From Schmidtea polychroa (taxonomy: Eukaryota): a DNA stretch of 60,000 nucleotides. Both the position numbers and the translations under genes were made by a program. Positions 12,847 through 26,817 of the stretch are shown here, piece by piece. The stretch lies in the NCBI GenBank assembly GCA_044892525.1, contig CM097885.1, positions 15,068,001 through 15,128,000 on the forward strand. Reading direction: 5' to 3'. Positions within the stretch are counted from its first letter, which is position 1; each line of letters opens with the position of its first letter. The notes below the pieces were generated by a model. It did no database searches. It had not been told where the DNA came from and saw only the letters and a program-made list of their open reading frames with translations.

Positions 12847-14180
12847 GGCGACGCTCTAGTGTATGTCGCCCAAAATTTTAAATTATTTTAACTCAATAAC
12901 TCAATAAATAAATTGATATGTATACACTTTTAACATACCCACCATGAAAGTTACTGATATTTTTGAGTTATTCACAATTATAAATGACAATGAGCTTTTA
13001 ATTCGATATCTACAAACGCATCACCTGATTTCTTCAACAAAAATTTGTCACTGTGGACGCAACATGTCCTTAATTAAAAGGGCACAAACAAGTGACGGTT
13101 TTGTATTTCAATGCCCGAGGAAATGTGGTCAGGTTTCTATTCGAAAAGGAAGTTTTTTCGAAAAAAGCAGAATGCCCCTTAAAAAACTGGTGTTATTTAC
13201 GTATTTTTGGCTGCAAGACATTCCCACGAACAGGATACAGTCGATGATTGGTATGGCTAACCAAACAATTTCTGATTGGAATAATTTCCTATGTGAGGTG
13301 TGCTCGGAATCTTTACTCGGAATGTCGGATGATGAAAGAATGATCGGGGAGAAGGTGTGATAGTTGAAATTGATGAAACTTTGATTTCAAAGAAATGGAA
13401 ATATTATCGCGGAAGAAGATATCCCGAAATATGGTTATTTGGAGGAACCGAACGTGGCACAAAAAATAGTTTGGACAAATTGTTCTTGAGAGAAACCGAG
13501 AAAATCTAACTGCTTTGATTGAGAAGTTTATTAAACCGGGCAGTATTATTTACAGCGACAGGTGGCCCGCGTATTGGACAGAAACTTATAACCTGGAACA
13601 TTTAAGAAATCAAAATTATATCCACTTATCTGTTAATCATAAACTCTGGTTCAAAGATCCAGTAACCGGTGTCCATACCAATAAAATGGAAGGATGGTGG
13701 GGAAATATTAAGGTTGACATGAGGAAAAGGCGAGAAATGAGTGTTGAACAAAAGATTAATTTTCTTGATTTTCGATTGTGGCTTTCAAGACAAAATGTTG
13801 ATGAAGAAGATATTTTGATTATATTCTGGCGCTTGGTTGCTTCGAAGTATAGTTTCGATGAATAAATTTTTAATAAACGAATTTACTTATATTTCATTTA
13901 CCGTATTTTAGCGCATATAACGCGCGCGGTATCTGATTACAATAAACAATAAAACCGATGGTAGGGTTACTGTCACATCATAAAAATATTTCCACTGCCA
14001 ATGCCGCCACGTGTAAAATATAAATCATAAAGCGCGCACCCACAGATACCGCGCATGGGGGGTGCACGGTTTGTAAAAATGCGTATAACGCGCGCGTTAT
14101 ATGCGCTAAAATACGGTAAATATATTAATTTAATTTTAAATTAATTTAAAATTTTGGGCGACATACACTAGAGCGTCGCC
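12847..14180 (+). mobile_element. Merlin DNA transposon, complete ends, frameshifted transposase
   Basis: 39-bp TIR GGCGACGCTCTAGTGTATGTCGCCCAAAATTTTAAATTA; 9-bp TSD GCAACATCG; ORF pieces 12944-13865 with VSIRKGSFF, VEIDET, WLFGG, PGSIIYSDRWPAY, VNH, TGVHTNKMEGWW. Confidence 0.93.
13901..14116. mobile_element. Tc1/mariner-superfamily (pogo/Tc2-like) MITE, 216 bp
   Basis: 28-bp TIR CCGTATTTTAGCGCATATAACGCGCGCG; TA on both flanks. Confidence 0.88.
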
Positions 14181-15589
14181 GCAACATCGGGTTTCAATCA
14201 CCAGACTGTGAACCGCTCTATTAACTTCATAGGCGCAACGACATACTCAGTTTTTTGGAGTTAATTAAAGTACAAGTACGTGAGAGACATGCTATGCTTC
14301 TCAAGACACTCAAAACAATATTTATTATTAAATTGACCATGATATTGAAAGAGAATTTTAAAATCACGAATATATGTAAATTATAATGCTCCAGAATTTT
14401 AATTTTTATTCGATAAAAATCTCATAGTCATAGGAAAACAATTTTTATAACAAATATTTTCGTTTATTTCTGAAAAACTGGTTGCAATTTAGCAGAATAA
14501 AAATATTCGAAAGTAATTCGTAGTTTCATAAATCATAATTTTTTTAGTTTTAGATTAACAAGCTGAAATTTTGTTGTCAAGTATGGAAATCTAGTTGCTA
14601 ATTAAATTTATTGTTTTTAATTAATTAATTGTTTTGTATTTTCAAAATAACTTTGCTAGGAACCCCCAATCGTTTTATATTACTATATTCGTATTCGCAT
14701 TCGTCTCCATTTGCCACATCAATTTCATAAAAGAATATTACTTTTTTGCTCACACTTTAGTGTCTACTTAAACCATTAGTATGTTTTGCTACTCCTTGTC
14801 GAAAGAGCAGAGTTTATTGCATTTGAACGCTTTGTTTCAAAACATATAAGAATAGGAATACTTTTCTTTCACATTTTAGCTTGAATTATCCTATTTTCTG
14901 TCTCTGTTTGAATTGTTTACACTTCTGGATCTTTGTCTGAAATAATTTAGTTTGTTGTAAAAGAATCTCGTACTTCTGGAAATTTTCCTTTGTAATTTTT
15001 CTATATCTTTTTATCATTATGTTTTCTACTATTATTTCAGTAGGTTTTGTTGTTAATATTGATAAGTCATCCATATGTCGAAAATATTTTTCTGTGTTAC
15101 TTAAAAGGATTTTACTGTCTCCCCTCTTTGTAACACCACGTAACAAATTTTCAGACACCCTCCCCAAAGGCATTACATAATTTACAAACGCTTCCATGTG
15201 TAAAATTAAATAAATGTATTTTAGTATTAAATGTAGAGGGTATTTTTTTGTTATTTTTTATGATATTGTAAGAAATTTATTGAGCCCGACAGTCTCCGTA
15301 AAAATAGTATCGGGGCAATCGGGGTGCATTAATATATTTAATTCTAATAGATATTTATAAAATTTGAAAAAAAAATTACAATTATTAAACGTTATAAAAT
15401 TTTATTACACGAAAAAATTACCCTTATACGATATAATCAAACTCGCTTTAATAAAAATAATTCCATGTTATTATTTCTAAGAGTCGCGTTCCGAAAGAAA
15501 TATTTACTGCTCTTAATTCGTTTTTAATTTCTATCGATACTTAATAAATCAACAGCATTTTTTAACGAATTCTTTTTTTGTATTTTTTA

Positions 15590-15673
15590 TCTAGGTATTA
15601 TTTTCGGAGAATGTCTTATTTTACAAGAAGTTCCGAAAATCACGATAGGGCTTATTTTCGGGAAAAGACGGTA
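15590..15673. mobile_element. Single end of a pogo/Tc2-like element
   Basis: TAGGGCTTATTTTCGGGAAAAGACGG-TA with a repeated subterminal TTATTTTCGG. Confidence 0.5.
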
Positions 15674-15851
15674 TAATATTTTATTGATTTTTTCTTTCCT
15701 TGGCAATTATTATTATTTTCGAATTTTTGAAAATAATAATAATAAAAAGTGACCATTAAACAATATTGTTAGTATTGAAATTATATTGTAATATTTATCA
15801 GTTGTGATATGGTTTGAAAAAATAGAATAATTTATTCTGTGATTTTATTAA

Positions 15852-16158
15852 CCACTTGCGCTATATTGACGTGCCAGGCACGTCTTGATGATTTTTTTCA
15901 GAACTGCTAGTGACGTGTATACCACGTCGATAGTATTTGTCGCAAAAACAAAAACGACGTGTTTGCAACGTCGGCTGACAGGCGGAACGTCATTATTCGA
16001 ACTGTAATTATAAAATTAGTTCACATCGCGTAGAATTATCGCGCTAAGCACTGGTCAAACCTCTAAGCTCGCTAACGCGGTGAGGCGTCGATGCCTTACG
16101 ATACTTTATATAGTAGAGCGCGGCTCAGCTACCGAAAATAAAATCATAGCGCAAGTGG
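15852..16158. mobile_element. piggyBac-family MITE, 307 bp
   Basis: 13-bp TIR CCACTTGCGCTAT; TTAA on both flanks. Confidence 0.9.
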
Positions 16159-17721
16159 TTAAGATAATTAGAGCATATTATCAAAGATGAAGAATAATCG
16201 AGAAAACAGAGCGTGGCTTGAGACGAAATATTTAATAGTTCATGCTTACATTTTTAACAATTGAATATTCTATAATCAGCGAAATATGCAGCATTAAATG
16301 ATTCATTGATCAACAATGAAATGATAAAAATTATTGTGATTTTGTAGTTTGGCATCGTGACAATATCGATAATTCGTCAATTAAAATAATCAACAGGCAA
16401 GGATTTGTATTAATTAACCAATTCAAGAAATACCTTTATAAAAGTTCAAAAGTATGTTATATTACAAGAATATTTAAATAAAACATGAATTTTTTTTATA
16501 AATCTGATATCATGTTAAATTTATCATAACTTTTTAATTTCATAAAAGTTTGAAACAAAGCAACTTTGTTGAATTTCTCATGAATTCAGCAATATTAAGA
16601 TTTGTGAATTTTGATGAACTATTTTGGCCATATTTTCATTCTAAATGAGTCCATCAACTTTTGTAACAAATTTGCTCAATGGATTAATATCAAATCACAT
16701 CATCGGTAGTTTAATAACTCTCGCATCTTGTGCCGATAACATATTTGAAGACAATTCTATTGGGGTTTCTTTTATTTAGAATAAAAAATCAATTCAATTC
16801 ACGGAGTATCACTTTAAACTTATATTTTGCTCTCTTTTTGAATCAGACATGAAGTGGTAACGTATCGTTGTGGCCTTCATGTATATCAAGCAGATTTTAA
16901 AGAGAATACTTAATTTCTATGACAACTTATTCGATGGTCTATCGAGGTAATTGTTTTAATTATTATAAACTATTAATATTATTTAGATAGTTCATTGTGA
17001 AATATGTCCATGGATTGAAAAAATGGTACTTGGGAGGAAATAAAAGAACTATCAGAGAAACTTAAGAATATTTCTATGATAACTTTAGGTCGTACTAGTT
17101 TATTAATAACTATTGTTTTTAGAAAATAAATGTATTTATTTAAAGTCGTTGATTAATATTTATCATTTATAACATGAACATTCATAATAAAGATATATCA
17201 ACAGCGTCAATTGATTCATCGTCCGACTCATCAGTTTATCCTTCATTTCTATCCTCAAAATTAATTTCAAATTCCTTAGCTTCGAAATTTTAAAATATTT
17301 TAATATTGAAATTATTATTATTTCATTACCTTTTTCATTAAACGTATACATTTTTTAAAACATTTTATTTAATTATAATTATTATTAATATTGTCTATAT
17401 GAAGATTATTTGTACATTATATGTTAGCTTAAAAATACACATTAGTTAAATTAATAAAATAAAACATTTTCTTATGTAATTAATATTGTTATTATAAAAA
17501 TATAAAAATATAATTCATACTATAAAGATAACGTTATAATGTCTTTATGATCGATTGGCCTCATATGGCATCGATATTGCATTTCACAATGACTTTGTTA
17601 AGACTTAGTAATGTGTTAAAATTCGATTTTTAACCTATCATAATTCCTATTTGTTAATGAGTAAAGTTTGTGCTGTCTTTATAAACAATTTTAATGTTAG
17701 TCATAATTTCAAAAATTAAAA

Positions 17722-19510
17722 ATGTCGGAATTAAATCGAACTTATGGTAAATTATTATTACTTTATAAATTATATTTTATATTATTTTATTTCAGATCTT
17801 ATTATTATTGATGACAGTAACGAATTTATGGACTGGGTGCAATATTCTGAAGACTATGGTCAATTTTTTAAATTTATTTATAGTTATTTAATATTAATCT
17901 TCAGATAGAGGATGTGAAAGCGATAATTATATGTTACCATTTCCGATGACAAAACAACTAAAAATGTGATCGAGATTTCAAATGATGATGGCAAAATATT
18001 AATTTTATAGAAATTTATATTAGTATGTCCTCGAAATTACGAATGAAGATAATATTCAAATTTATTCCACAATGACCAATGAATCATTTGTCCCGTCTGT
18101 GATAGTAATTATTCTGACCCATTCACGACTTGTTATCAAAATCATGGCATGCATTTGACATATTTTAAAAAAATTAAAAAATCTATTTTATTAAAAACTT
18201 TAAATAAATTAACTATAGAAGTACATGTAGTTCCATATAATAAAAGGAGAAAAATTAAAGAAAATAAAGTCGAACTTTTAAGAATTGTTGAAGAAAATAC
18301 AAGTGAATGGGGAGAAATGCAAATTGCTGAAGAAAATTATGAAAATTTTACAATTATTGATGAAATCGACTTCAGAAATATAGATGAACAAGAGATTGAA
18401 ATGGGTATGTACAGATCGAATCAAATAAAAAAGCTCGATAGAAATAGATTAAATATTAGAGAAATAATTCTCATAGAGCCTCTTATGGAAAAACCTCAAA
18501 ATATGGGGCAGGGCAAAATTCAATTCAATGTCAATGTAGAGTATGAAAAAGATGGAGAATACAAAACAACAGGAATCTCAAATCAAGCCGTACCTATGAG
18601 TAATAGTTTTATAGATGATGGAATTAAAATTTTAAACGAAAGAATGTATATACGTTCTGAACAAGGAAGTTCATGGAAAATCAACCGTATTTTAGAAGTA
18701 GACTTTAAAATCACGCAAATAAGTGGAATATCGCGACTATGTGGATATAGTTACATGCTTACTCCGGCATCTATATCATCACAAAAAGACATTATGAATG
18801 TGAGAAATTCTGATGATTTATGCTTTATCAGGCTTTTGATTTTAAAATGAGGAGTTGGGCCGAAATAGAGAGTCTGTAAATACATTAGATACGTCAAGGA
18901 TATACAATATGATGAAAATGATTTACCAATGTTCTGTTATATCAGAAAGTTTGAGACAAGAAACCACGTGATCACAATGACTGTGTTTGGATACAATCAT
19001 ATTAATAAGATAATCCCGTTTTTAAGCATCCCCATCTAGACATAATTCATAGGTCAAAAGTAACTGTAGCTACCCAGATATACTTGTTAATGATGGAAGA
19101 TAGTGTTAAGATACAATGGATATTGTGCAAAAATCATTTAAATGGATTCAGGGAGAGATATATTCCAATAGCATGAAAGTCTTTGTCTGTTAAATCAGGT
19201 TGGATCGACAATGTATACAAAATACAGCCACTCCTCCCTATTTTATTTATGGAGATTTCGAGTCGATGTCATTTACTAAAGACATTTGCCTGTCAGCTGG
19301 GCTATTATTAGTAAACAACATAAATGGAGTAAAATCATGCCAGTTTCATCAACCAGATTATGTATTTAAATTCCTAAAAGAGATTGAGAAACTATAGGTA
19401 AAAATATTTTGTACCCTTCATTAAAAATAGTTAAAAGGGAGTTGTTTTCTTAAATTCCACCCAAGAAACTGAATTTAGACGAAGCCGAATATTTTATTTA
19501 TGTACTAAGC
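17722..19510 (+). pseudogene. Decayed paralogue of the pPolB N-terminal half, with probable short 5' introns
   Basis: ICPVCD..., KIQFNVNVEYEKDGE, GSSWKINRI, SRLCGYSYMLTPAS, NVRNSDDLCFI, HPHLDIIHRSKV, PPYFIYGDFES, FLKEIEK are all colinear with the 1264-aa protein; stops and frameshifts present. Confidence 0.85.
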
Positions 19511-19519
19511 GATTATATC

Positions 19520-19925
19520 AGTATAAATTTGGTTACGATGTCAAACTACCAACTCAACAATGGCTCTCGAAACAAGGATTTCTGAGTTGCTTATCGAGGA
19601 TCTTTGAAGGAATTTGCCATTTTAAATGAAGTAAGATACGAAAGATGATTAATTAAAGACGCAAATAATGAGTACAACATTCACATATTTATAGACGCTT
19701 CAAAATACACACATTTTGTTATAAAAATAGATACGTCAGAGAGTCAAGTGGGAAGTGTAAGAACAAATCTAATCGCAGCTAAATTCAGAGTAGCGCCAAT
19801 CAAGGTAGTGAGCATTCCACGACGCGGGGAATGGTTATAATGTAATTTTTATGATGTAATTTAATTAATTGTTAGCTTCTAGATTTTTTGGACGTTTGTT
19901 TTATCGAATCATTGTAGGTTTCAAG
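19520..19925 (+). mobile_element. BEL/Pao retrotransposon fragment (RNase H region) followed by a PPT/LTR-like start
   Basis: HIFIDASK...LIAAKFRVAPIKVVSIPR; then GCGGGGAA-TG; related sequence at 32419-32520. Confidence 0.7.
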
Positions 19926-22487
19926 TAGGGTTGTCAAGTGTTAATCATAAAAAAAGAGAACATTATAAAAATTATTTTATTCATATTAATTTTTTTTTAA
20001 ATTGTAATATATACTAAAACAAATTGCACTTCCAATTCATTTGCAAATAAAAAAATAAGTCAATATAATTTAATCATCTTCATCCTCTTCTTCAGCATCT
20101 TCTTCAGCATCTTTTTCATTATATTTATCTACACTGCTAATTTGGTTTAAAAGTTTTCCATTTTCTTTGATTTCTTGATAAAATTCAGTGCATGTAATAT
20201 CTCGAACAGTTGAAATTTTCAATTTATTTCTTTCCTTAGTCCACTGTCCGCTGATCATTGAAAATATTCTTTCGGCGTTGGCATTTTGACCAGGTATTGC
20301 AAAAAAAATTCGCAAATTTTCAAAAATTCGGAATGATATTCGACAGTATTTTCTTTATATTCTTTCCATTTCAAGCAGGAAATCAAATTTTTAAAATTTT
20401 CAACATTAAGATTTTTTTCAACAAATATTTTTAAATTACAAAACTGATCAAAACATTTTGCATCATCTACAATAATATTTTTGGTGGCAAGAAATATTAT
20501 TGATTTTTCAACTTCATCCCATGTTGGAAGCCTATCCAATTTCATCCAAAGTTATTTAGATTTGATAATTGATTAGTCCACAATTGTAATTATTCTAATG
20601 ATTTTTTATAGCAATTCATGCAATTTAAATTGAATTTATTTATTTCACTGTGCAATTCCCTTTCCTCAATTTCAGATAAAATAGATTTCACTTTGATTGG
20701 TAAAAATGATTCGCTATATCTATGTCTCAATGTTTCTGTCAATGAGTTTATTGTAGCCATTACTTCAAGCACAGAATTTTGCTCAGCTTCAATTTCTAAA
20801 ATTTTTCCATGAAACACATGCATTAGTGAACTTGCAAATTCTAAATAAGCTTTGCTAAAATCGTTTTCAAAAAACGATTTTAAAATATGTGGAGAGTTGT
20901 CGAGTGATAAAAAATATGCTTTTAAAGCAGAATAAACTTCCAGAACCCTCTTAACAGCAGGATAAAGTGATAACCAACGCGTTTTTGAGTGTTTTAATAA
21001 CGATTTATACTGAATGTCTACAAATTCGCAGAAACTTTTCAACGATTCAGTCCTTATGGTGTAAATAGAAAAATAGTTATACAGTTTTACAATTATTGAT
21101 TTTAAGTCTATTGTCATTAAATCAAATCCATGCTGCGCGGAATTATGAAAAATATGAGCTGGACAACCAATGCCTATCAAATTCTTTTGAAATTTAATTT
21201 TTAAATGGCTGTAAACATTATTCTTCCCAGTTCGTCTCAATCCTCCAAAATTCGTATTGCAGTTATCTGCAGAAAATGCAATACATTTATCTACAATATT
21301 GTATTTTTTCAAACATGTATGTAAATGTTCACTTATTGTTTCTGATGTTTCGTTTGGCAAAGAATATAAATCGATCATTTTTGTTAATATACCACTATAT
21401 AAAAAACTGAATTACGACTGGAAACATTTTAATTGCACCATGATTACTACCATCAGTTGAAACTGATAAGAATGATATTTGTGATAATGAATGTATTATA
21501 TTTTCTATACAATATGGAGCAATGACGTTATTGGCGATGCATCTTGTTTTTGTCTTTCCAGATGAAATCCGTTTAGCTACTTCTGAATCATCAAACATTT
21601 TTGCCAGCAGTTTGTTTGTACAAACGGTGGAGTTATAACTATAATGATGCTTTAATGTGTGAAAAGCTAAAGTTCCTTCAGCAGCTGATACTTTGTGATC
21701 CAGAGCTGAAATTTTTTTTGTAAAAAAATCACATACGGATTTAGAACTAGCTCCTATACGAATGGTCTGTGTATGTTTTTTTGAAGCTACATGCTGTTCC
21801 AAATCGTATTTTCCTTTGTTTGCGACCGAAACGGTTGTGTTGCACACCGTGCAAATTGCCTCCGACTTCGAATTCAGTGTTGTTTTAAAACATTTGAATT
21901 TAGCTTGTAGTTCTTCACTAAATAAGCACTTTCGCTTACTCATTTTGGAGCTAAGAATTAAAAAAATCAAATAATATATCACTATCATGTAATTGTAAGT
22001 GATAGCTTTTTTACTTACATGTTTATTTTCACAGAAAATTAATAAAGACAATTGCTATTGCAACTGAAAATATAGTCAGAAATTCCGAATACGACTGATA
22101 AAAGTTTTTTGTTTATTTTATTAAATAAATTACCAATCAAACGCGATGTCAGAAACAGAATAATTTATCGATATGTAACATATTGTTTTGTCAGGGTGAA
22201 AAGTGATAAATTATTCATGGATTGCTAAGCTTTCTTTTGTGCACTTATTTAAATTTAGGACATAAAACTGCATGTGTGCAAAGTATTTATGTGAAACAAA
22301 TTTTTATGCGCCTAAAAATATGCTAAAAATTCATATACCAAAAAAATTACTAGTTAATTAAGCAAATATTATAATTAAAATTTGGCGAAATAAAAAGAGA
22401 ACAATTTTGAATATATGTAAAAAAGATAAAGAATTATGTTTAAAAAGAGAACATGTTCTCTTTAAAAGAGACCTGTTGGCAACCATA
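19926..22487 (-). mobile_element. hAT transposon (TAGGGTTG-type ends) with disrupted transposase
   Basis: Ends TAGGGTTGTCAA / TTGGCAACCATA; 8-bp TSD GTTTCAAG; ORF pieces with CTVC..H....H, STDGSNH, SADNCNTNFG, GCPAHIFH, TRWLS, NANAERIFS. Confidence 0.92.
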
Positions 22488-24304
22488 GTTTCAAGGAAGT
22501 TAAAAAATTTTAGTTTCTAAATAAAAAGAACTTTGTGTGAATGGATTTGGAATATTTTTTAAAATCGAAAATGTTCAACACTTTAAAATCATGTTCCTCA
22601 GAAAATATCAAACAATTTATGATTTCTACCGGACCAATTTCGTGAAAAACATAAACGTGATTCTAATAAACTTTAGTCAAAATCACAATGGTTACGAGGT
22701 GCTGTAAAAGATTGTTTAATTCGAGTTGTTACTGTGAGTTCTGAATCAGAAGCAATAAAAATTTGGCTTAATGTGTTACTTGAGAGGGTGAGTTCTCACA
22801 GCTCACTTCTATCTACTAATATATTAGTTCATCATAAAATTGCAGAATTTTAAATTGATGACTTTAGATAATGAAAATTAATAGATACTTTAGAAGATGA
22901 AAGTTCAGATAATCAATATAAAATTTTTCAAGTTTCATCAGATTTATACAATTCTGGATTATTAAAATTTTATGAACATTTATTGGCGATGAAAACATTT
23001 TATTGAAAACTGTAATTAATTGTAACATTCTGGTATTTTTTGAGATGGGAAATATATTAAGAATCTACCATTAAATAAATGAAAAAACTACTTAAGATGA
23101 AAACAAAATTAAATATTAAGATATTAGTAAGATTGCTATCAAATTTAAAATTAATTAGATTACAATGTAATTTGCATTTGGCGTTGTAATATTAATTTTA
23201 ATTTTCGATTTTAAAGATTTATTTATTTCTAATTGAATCAGAATGATAATTGATAGATTTTATATTGTTAGAGGTTAATTTTTTAAAATTTCTATAAAAT
23301 AGTAACAATCGACTGGCAATTGTCAGTAAAATGAATGCACTAATTAACATATAATTACCATTGTACTTCCGTACTTTATAAATATATATTAAAATAAAAG
23401 TAGTGATTTTATTTAATTTTTATTTATGAATGTACTACTTATATACTTCCAGTAATCTATTATTATAAAATAAATTTTAATTTTCAACATATATAATTAC
23501 CATAATGCGTACGTCCGTAACTTTTGATGAAGTTGGCTTATGTATGTATAGCAATATCATTATAACCACTTACTAGTATAGCTAAGTTGCAAACCAGCAT
23601 ACTCATGGCAAATATTATTATAAATTGTGTCAGTACATCACATGATTTTTCATGGGTTAAAACTAGTAATAATAATAAATTTTAAGCACACGAGACGCAA
23701 AAATATTTTAATTGCCATTAAGTGCTTTATTGACGGGCGATGTTAGTAGATAATGGACGAATTTTTCAGTTAGATCACCAAAAAGCTTATAACCCTAACA
23801 GCCTCAGTTTATAATCAACATTAAAAGCAGAAAATAAACAATGCCAAGATACATATTAAGATCAGGTTGCTACACTTGGTCACATGCATATATATAGTAA
23901 TTTTTTTATCGAATTTCATCTGTTAAACTATTTTTCATTAATTAGTACTAGTTTTGTTTTTTATAAAAGATGACTAATTTGGGATTTTTGTAAGCTCAAG
24001 AATAACAAAAAATATTTTTAAAAACTTATTTGAATGTGCTACAGGGACAAAATTTGCTTTGGTGGTAAAAAAGTATGGAGTTGTCTCATATTTATATAAA
24101 TATTTATATTGCTCTAATATTTTGATACATTGGATACGGCATAACTGCAACATTTATTACTTAGTCATCAAACTTTCATACTGGTTTAGTTCTGATGCTA
24201 AGGGCATTTAAGAAAAATAATTGTCTTTATTAATACATTCTAATAAATTAGATTTTAATATTTTATTATTTCATCCCTTTTAGTTATTTGAAGGTGTATA
24301 TTAT

Positions 24305-24306
<2 letters not shown>

Positions 24307-24371
<65 letters not shown>
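24307..24371. repeat. (TA)n microsatellite
   Basis: Direct reading. Confidence 0.97.
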
Positions 24372-24373
<2 letters not shown>

Positions 24374-25879
24374 CCTAAATTAGAATATGCTGAAAGAATA
24401 CCAAAAAGTGTAACTAAAAATCTAACTATGCAATATTTTTAATCGTCGTTCTTTCATTAGAATTCGGTATATATGCAAAGTTTTCTTGAATTTATCCAGA
24501 AATCAATAAATAAGTGAAATAAGTGAAACATCATCATTGATTAAGAACAGGTGAAATTCAAATAAATAATTCGAAGGCAACGAGAAACAAAGGAAAATCA
24601 ATAAAAGAAAAATAAAGTGAAATACTATCAATAATTAGTGCAAGTCAAAAAATTTCAATATGGAATACTTAAATCAAAATTAGATTTTCGATAGACTTCA
24701 TTATCATTAATTGGCGTGTTGAGTGGGAATGTTATCATAAATTCATTCTTTTACTGGCGCAGAGAAAAAATAATGTTGTACAAAGTGCAATCAAAAACAC
24801 TAACTAGAAACTATAAAAGCAAATGTTGAAAATAGTTTTGATAGAAAGATTTTGGGAAATACGGGTTTGAATAGGTTATAAATATGAGAAAACAAGGGCG
24901 AATTAAAATAAAGTCTTGTTAAAATTGATTTTATTTAATTAAAAGCAAAAAAAGCGAAGTATAGACTCAGTTATGCATTTAAAATCTGCGGCATCGAAGT
25001 TTGAATGAAACTATTAATCGCATGTTCATTAATAATATTTAATATATTATTTATCCCAAAGAGTTTAACAATCAGTATTCGTGAAATAATTAATTATTTT
25101 GCCAGGTGAAAAAAAGTTACAATTGTGTTGATAATAAAATGGGCTCATTGTTAGAGACTTTTGATTGTAATACCATAGTTTCAGCACAATAACCATGTGG
25201 AATTTAACTAAAACAGGTTTCCCCATTTTAGATGTCTTTTGTTTAATACTAGAATTAACACATCAGAAATTATCTTTATTGCTCCAAAAAATTTTTTTAA
25301 TTTCTAAATCTTTTAACAATGAGTTATATTGATACACGCGGAGACTATCAAGATGAAAATTTCCATGAAGGGAAATTTCATTTCTGTATGTTCATGTTTT
25401 CAAATTGAAATTTTATAATATGGGTTTGTTTGTGAATGGTTAATTATTTTGATTTTAAAGAATATTTCTAAATCAAGATTTTATTGGTATTTGCATTCTT
25501 AATGAGCAGAGATTAATATTGCCAGTATTAATTTTTTATGAAAGAAACTATAACTTACAAAAGTCCAATTATAATGTTAATAAAAATGATAATTTTCAAA
25601 TTGTTATAAATGAACAATGGAACTTTACAAAATTGTAAGGTTTTGTAATTTTATGAATCTTATTTATCATATATATTTGCCAGAATAAATTTGAATAATC
25701 TAAATAATTTACAAATACTTTTAATTTACTTATAATTTACTAAACAATACACCATTTTCTTCGGTAACGACTTATAATAAAAAAATTTAGTATGGAGTTT
25801 ATTTACATTATTTAATTACATTAATTACGATTGATGAGTATCAGGAAACGGAATAAAATCAATAGATAAATAACACGAA

Positions 25880-26815
25880 AACGCTGAAAATGATATGACT
25901 GAAAAAGGAGTCGCAAATATACCAAAAAGTAGATCATTTTTCCCGAAATCTTGGAAACTATTCTCAAACTCCTGTATCAAATCGGAAAGAAAGTTACATA
26001 TTTTTCGTTGTTCAAAGGACCGTGTTTCGCCAACGTGTTGAAATGCATAAATTGTTTGCCTTAATTTGTGATTGCCATAATTTCAGTTTCATTTCAAATG
26101 CTGATATGGTTTGAAACATTGTATTTATAAGTTGGTTTTTACCTTAAAGACGCGAATTTAACTCATTTAAATGAGTGGTCAAGTCTACTAAAAATGCCAA
26201 ATCGGTGAGCCAGTGTTCATTGTCAAGCTCGGGCACAAATTTCGTTTTCGATTCCATAAATGACTTGATTTCATTTCGCAAATCATAAAATCTTTTCAAC
26301 ATGTTTCCCCGGCTTAACCATCTAACTTCCGAAAAGTATATGATATCCCCATATTCCGCATCCATGATTTTAAGAAATTCCTGGAATTGATGATGATTCA
26401 ATCCCTTGGCTCTTATAAATTTTACAGCGTCGATGACAATCGGCATCACGTTATTCATCTTTAAACATTTTGCGCATAAATTTTCCTGACGTACTATGCA
26501 GTGATATTTCATAAAAAGTAATTTTGGACGGCAAATGCATCGTCGTCTACTAATTTTATAAGTCATTCTCGTTTACCTGCCATTGCCGGAGCACCATCAG
26601 TTACTATTTCAGAAATATTCGCAACGGTAAAGAAAATCGTTTTAGTGTAGTTTTCACCGATTCATACAAATCTCTTGATTTAGTCATGCCTTTTAAAGGC
26701 ACTAAGGAAGCCATTTCTTCAGTGACGTTATATTCTTCATCAATACCTCAAATAAAAATTGCAAATTGAGCAGTGTCAGTAGCATCAGTACTTTCGTCTA
26801 TCGCCAAAGCAAAAT
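25880..26815 (-). pseudogene. hAT Buster/SPIN (GTF2IRD2-like) transposase fragment
   Basis: FALAIDESTDATDTAQFAIFI, TDGAPAM, YHCIVRQENLCAK, EVRWLSRG, WLTDLAFLVD. Confidence 0.88.
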
Positions 26816-26817
26816 GT

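Larger units (their letters stand above)
12590..14280 (+). pseudogene. Decayed Merlin/IS1595-like transposase split by a younger Merlin
   Basis: HVEIDESIF...GVFGGICRET...DRSATTL...PGTTIFPDKWAA before 12846; GFNHQTVNRSINF after 14189. Confidence 0.75.

Noticed and set aside
14886..15197. ORF with YFRHMDD, resembling an RT active site
   Set aside because: No other RT motifs recognisable; at most a decayed fragment
17215..17240. CTGATGAGTCGGAC on the minus strand as a hammerhead
   Set aside because: No GAAA or stem III; reads as acidic coding-like sequence
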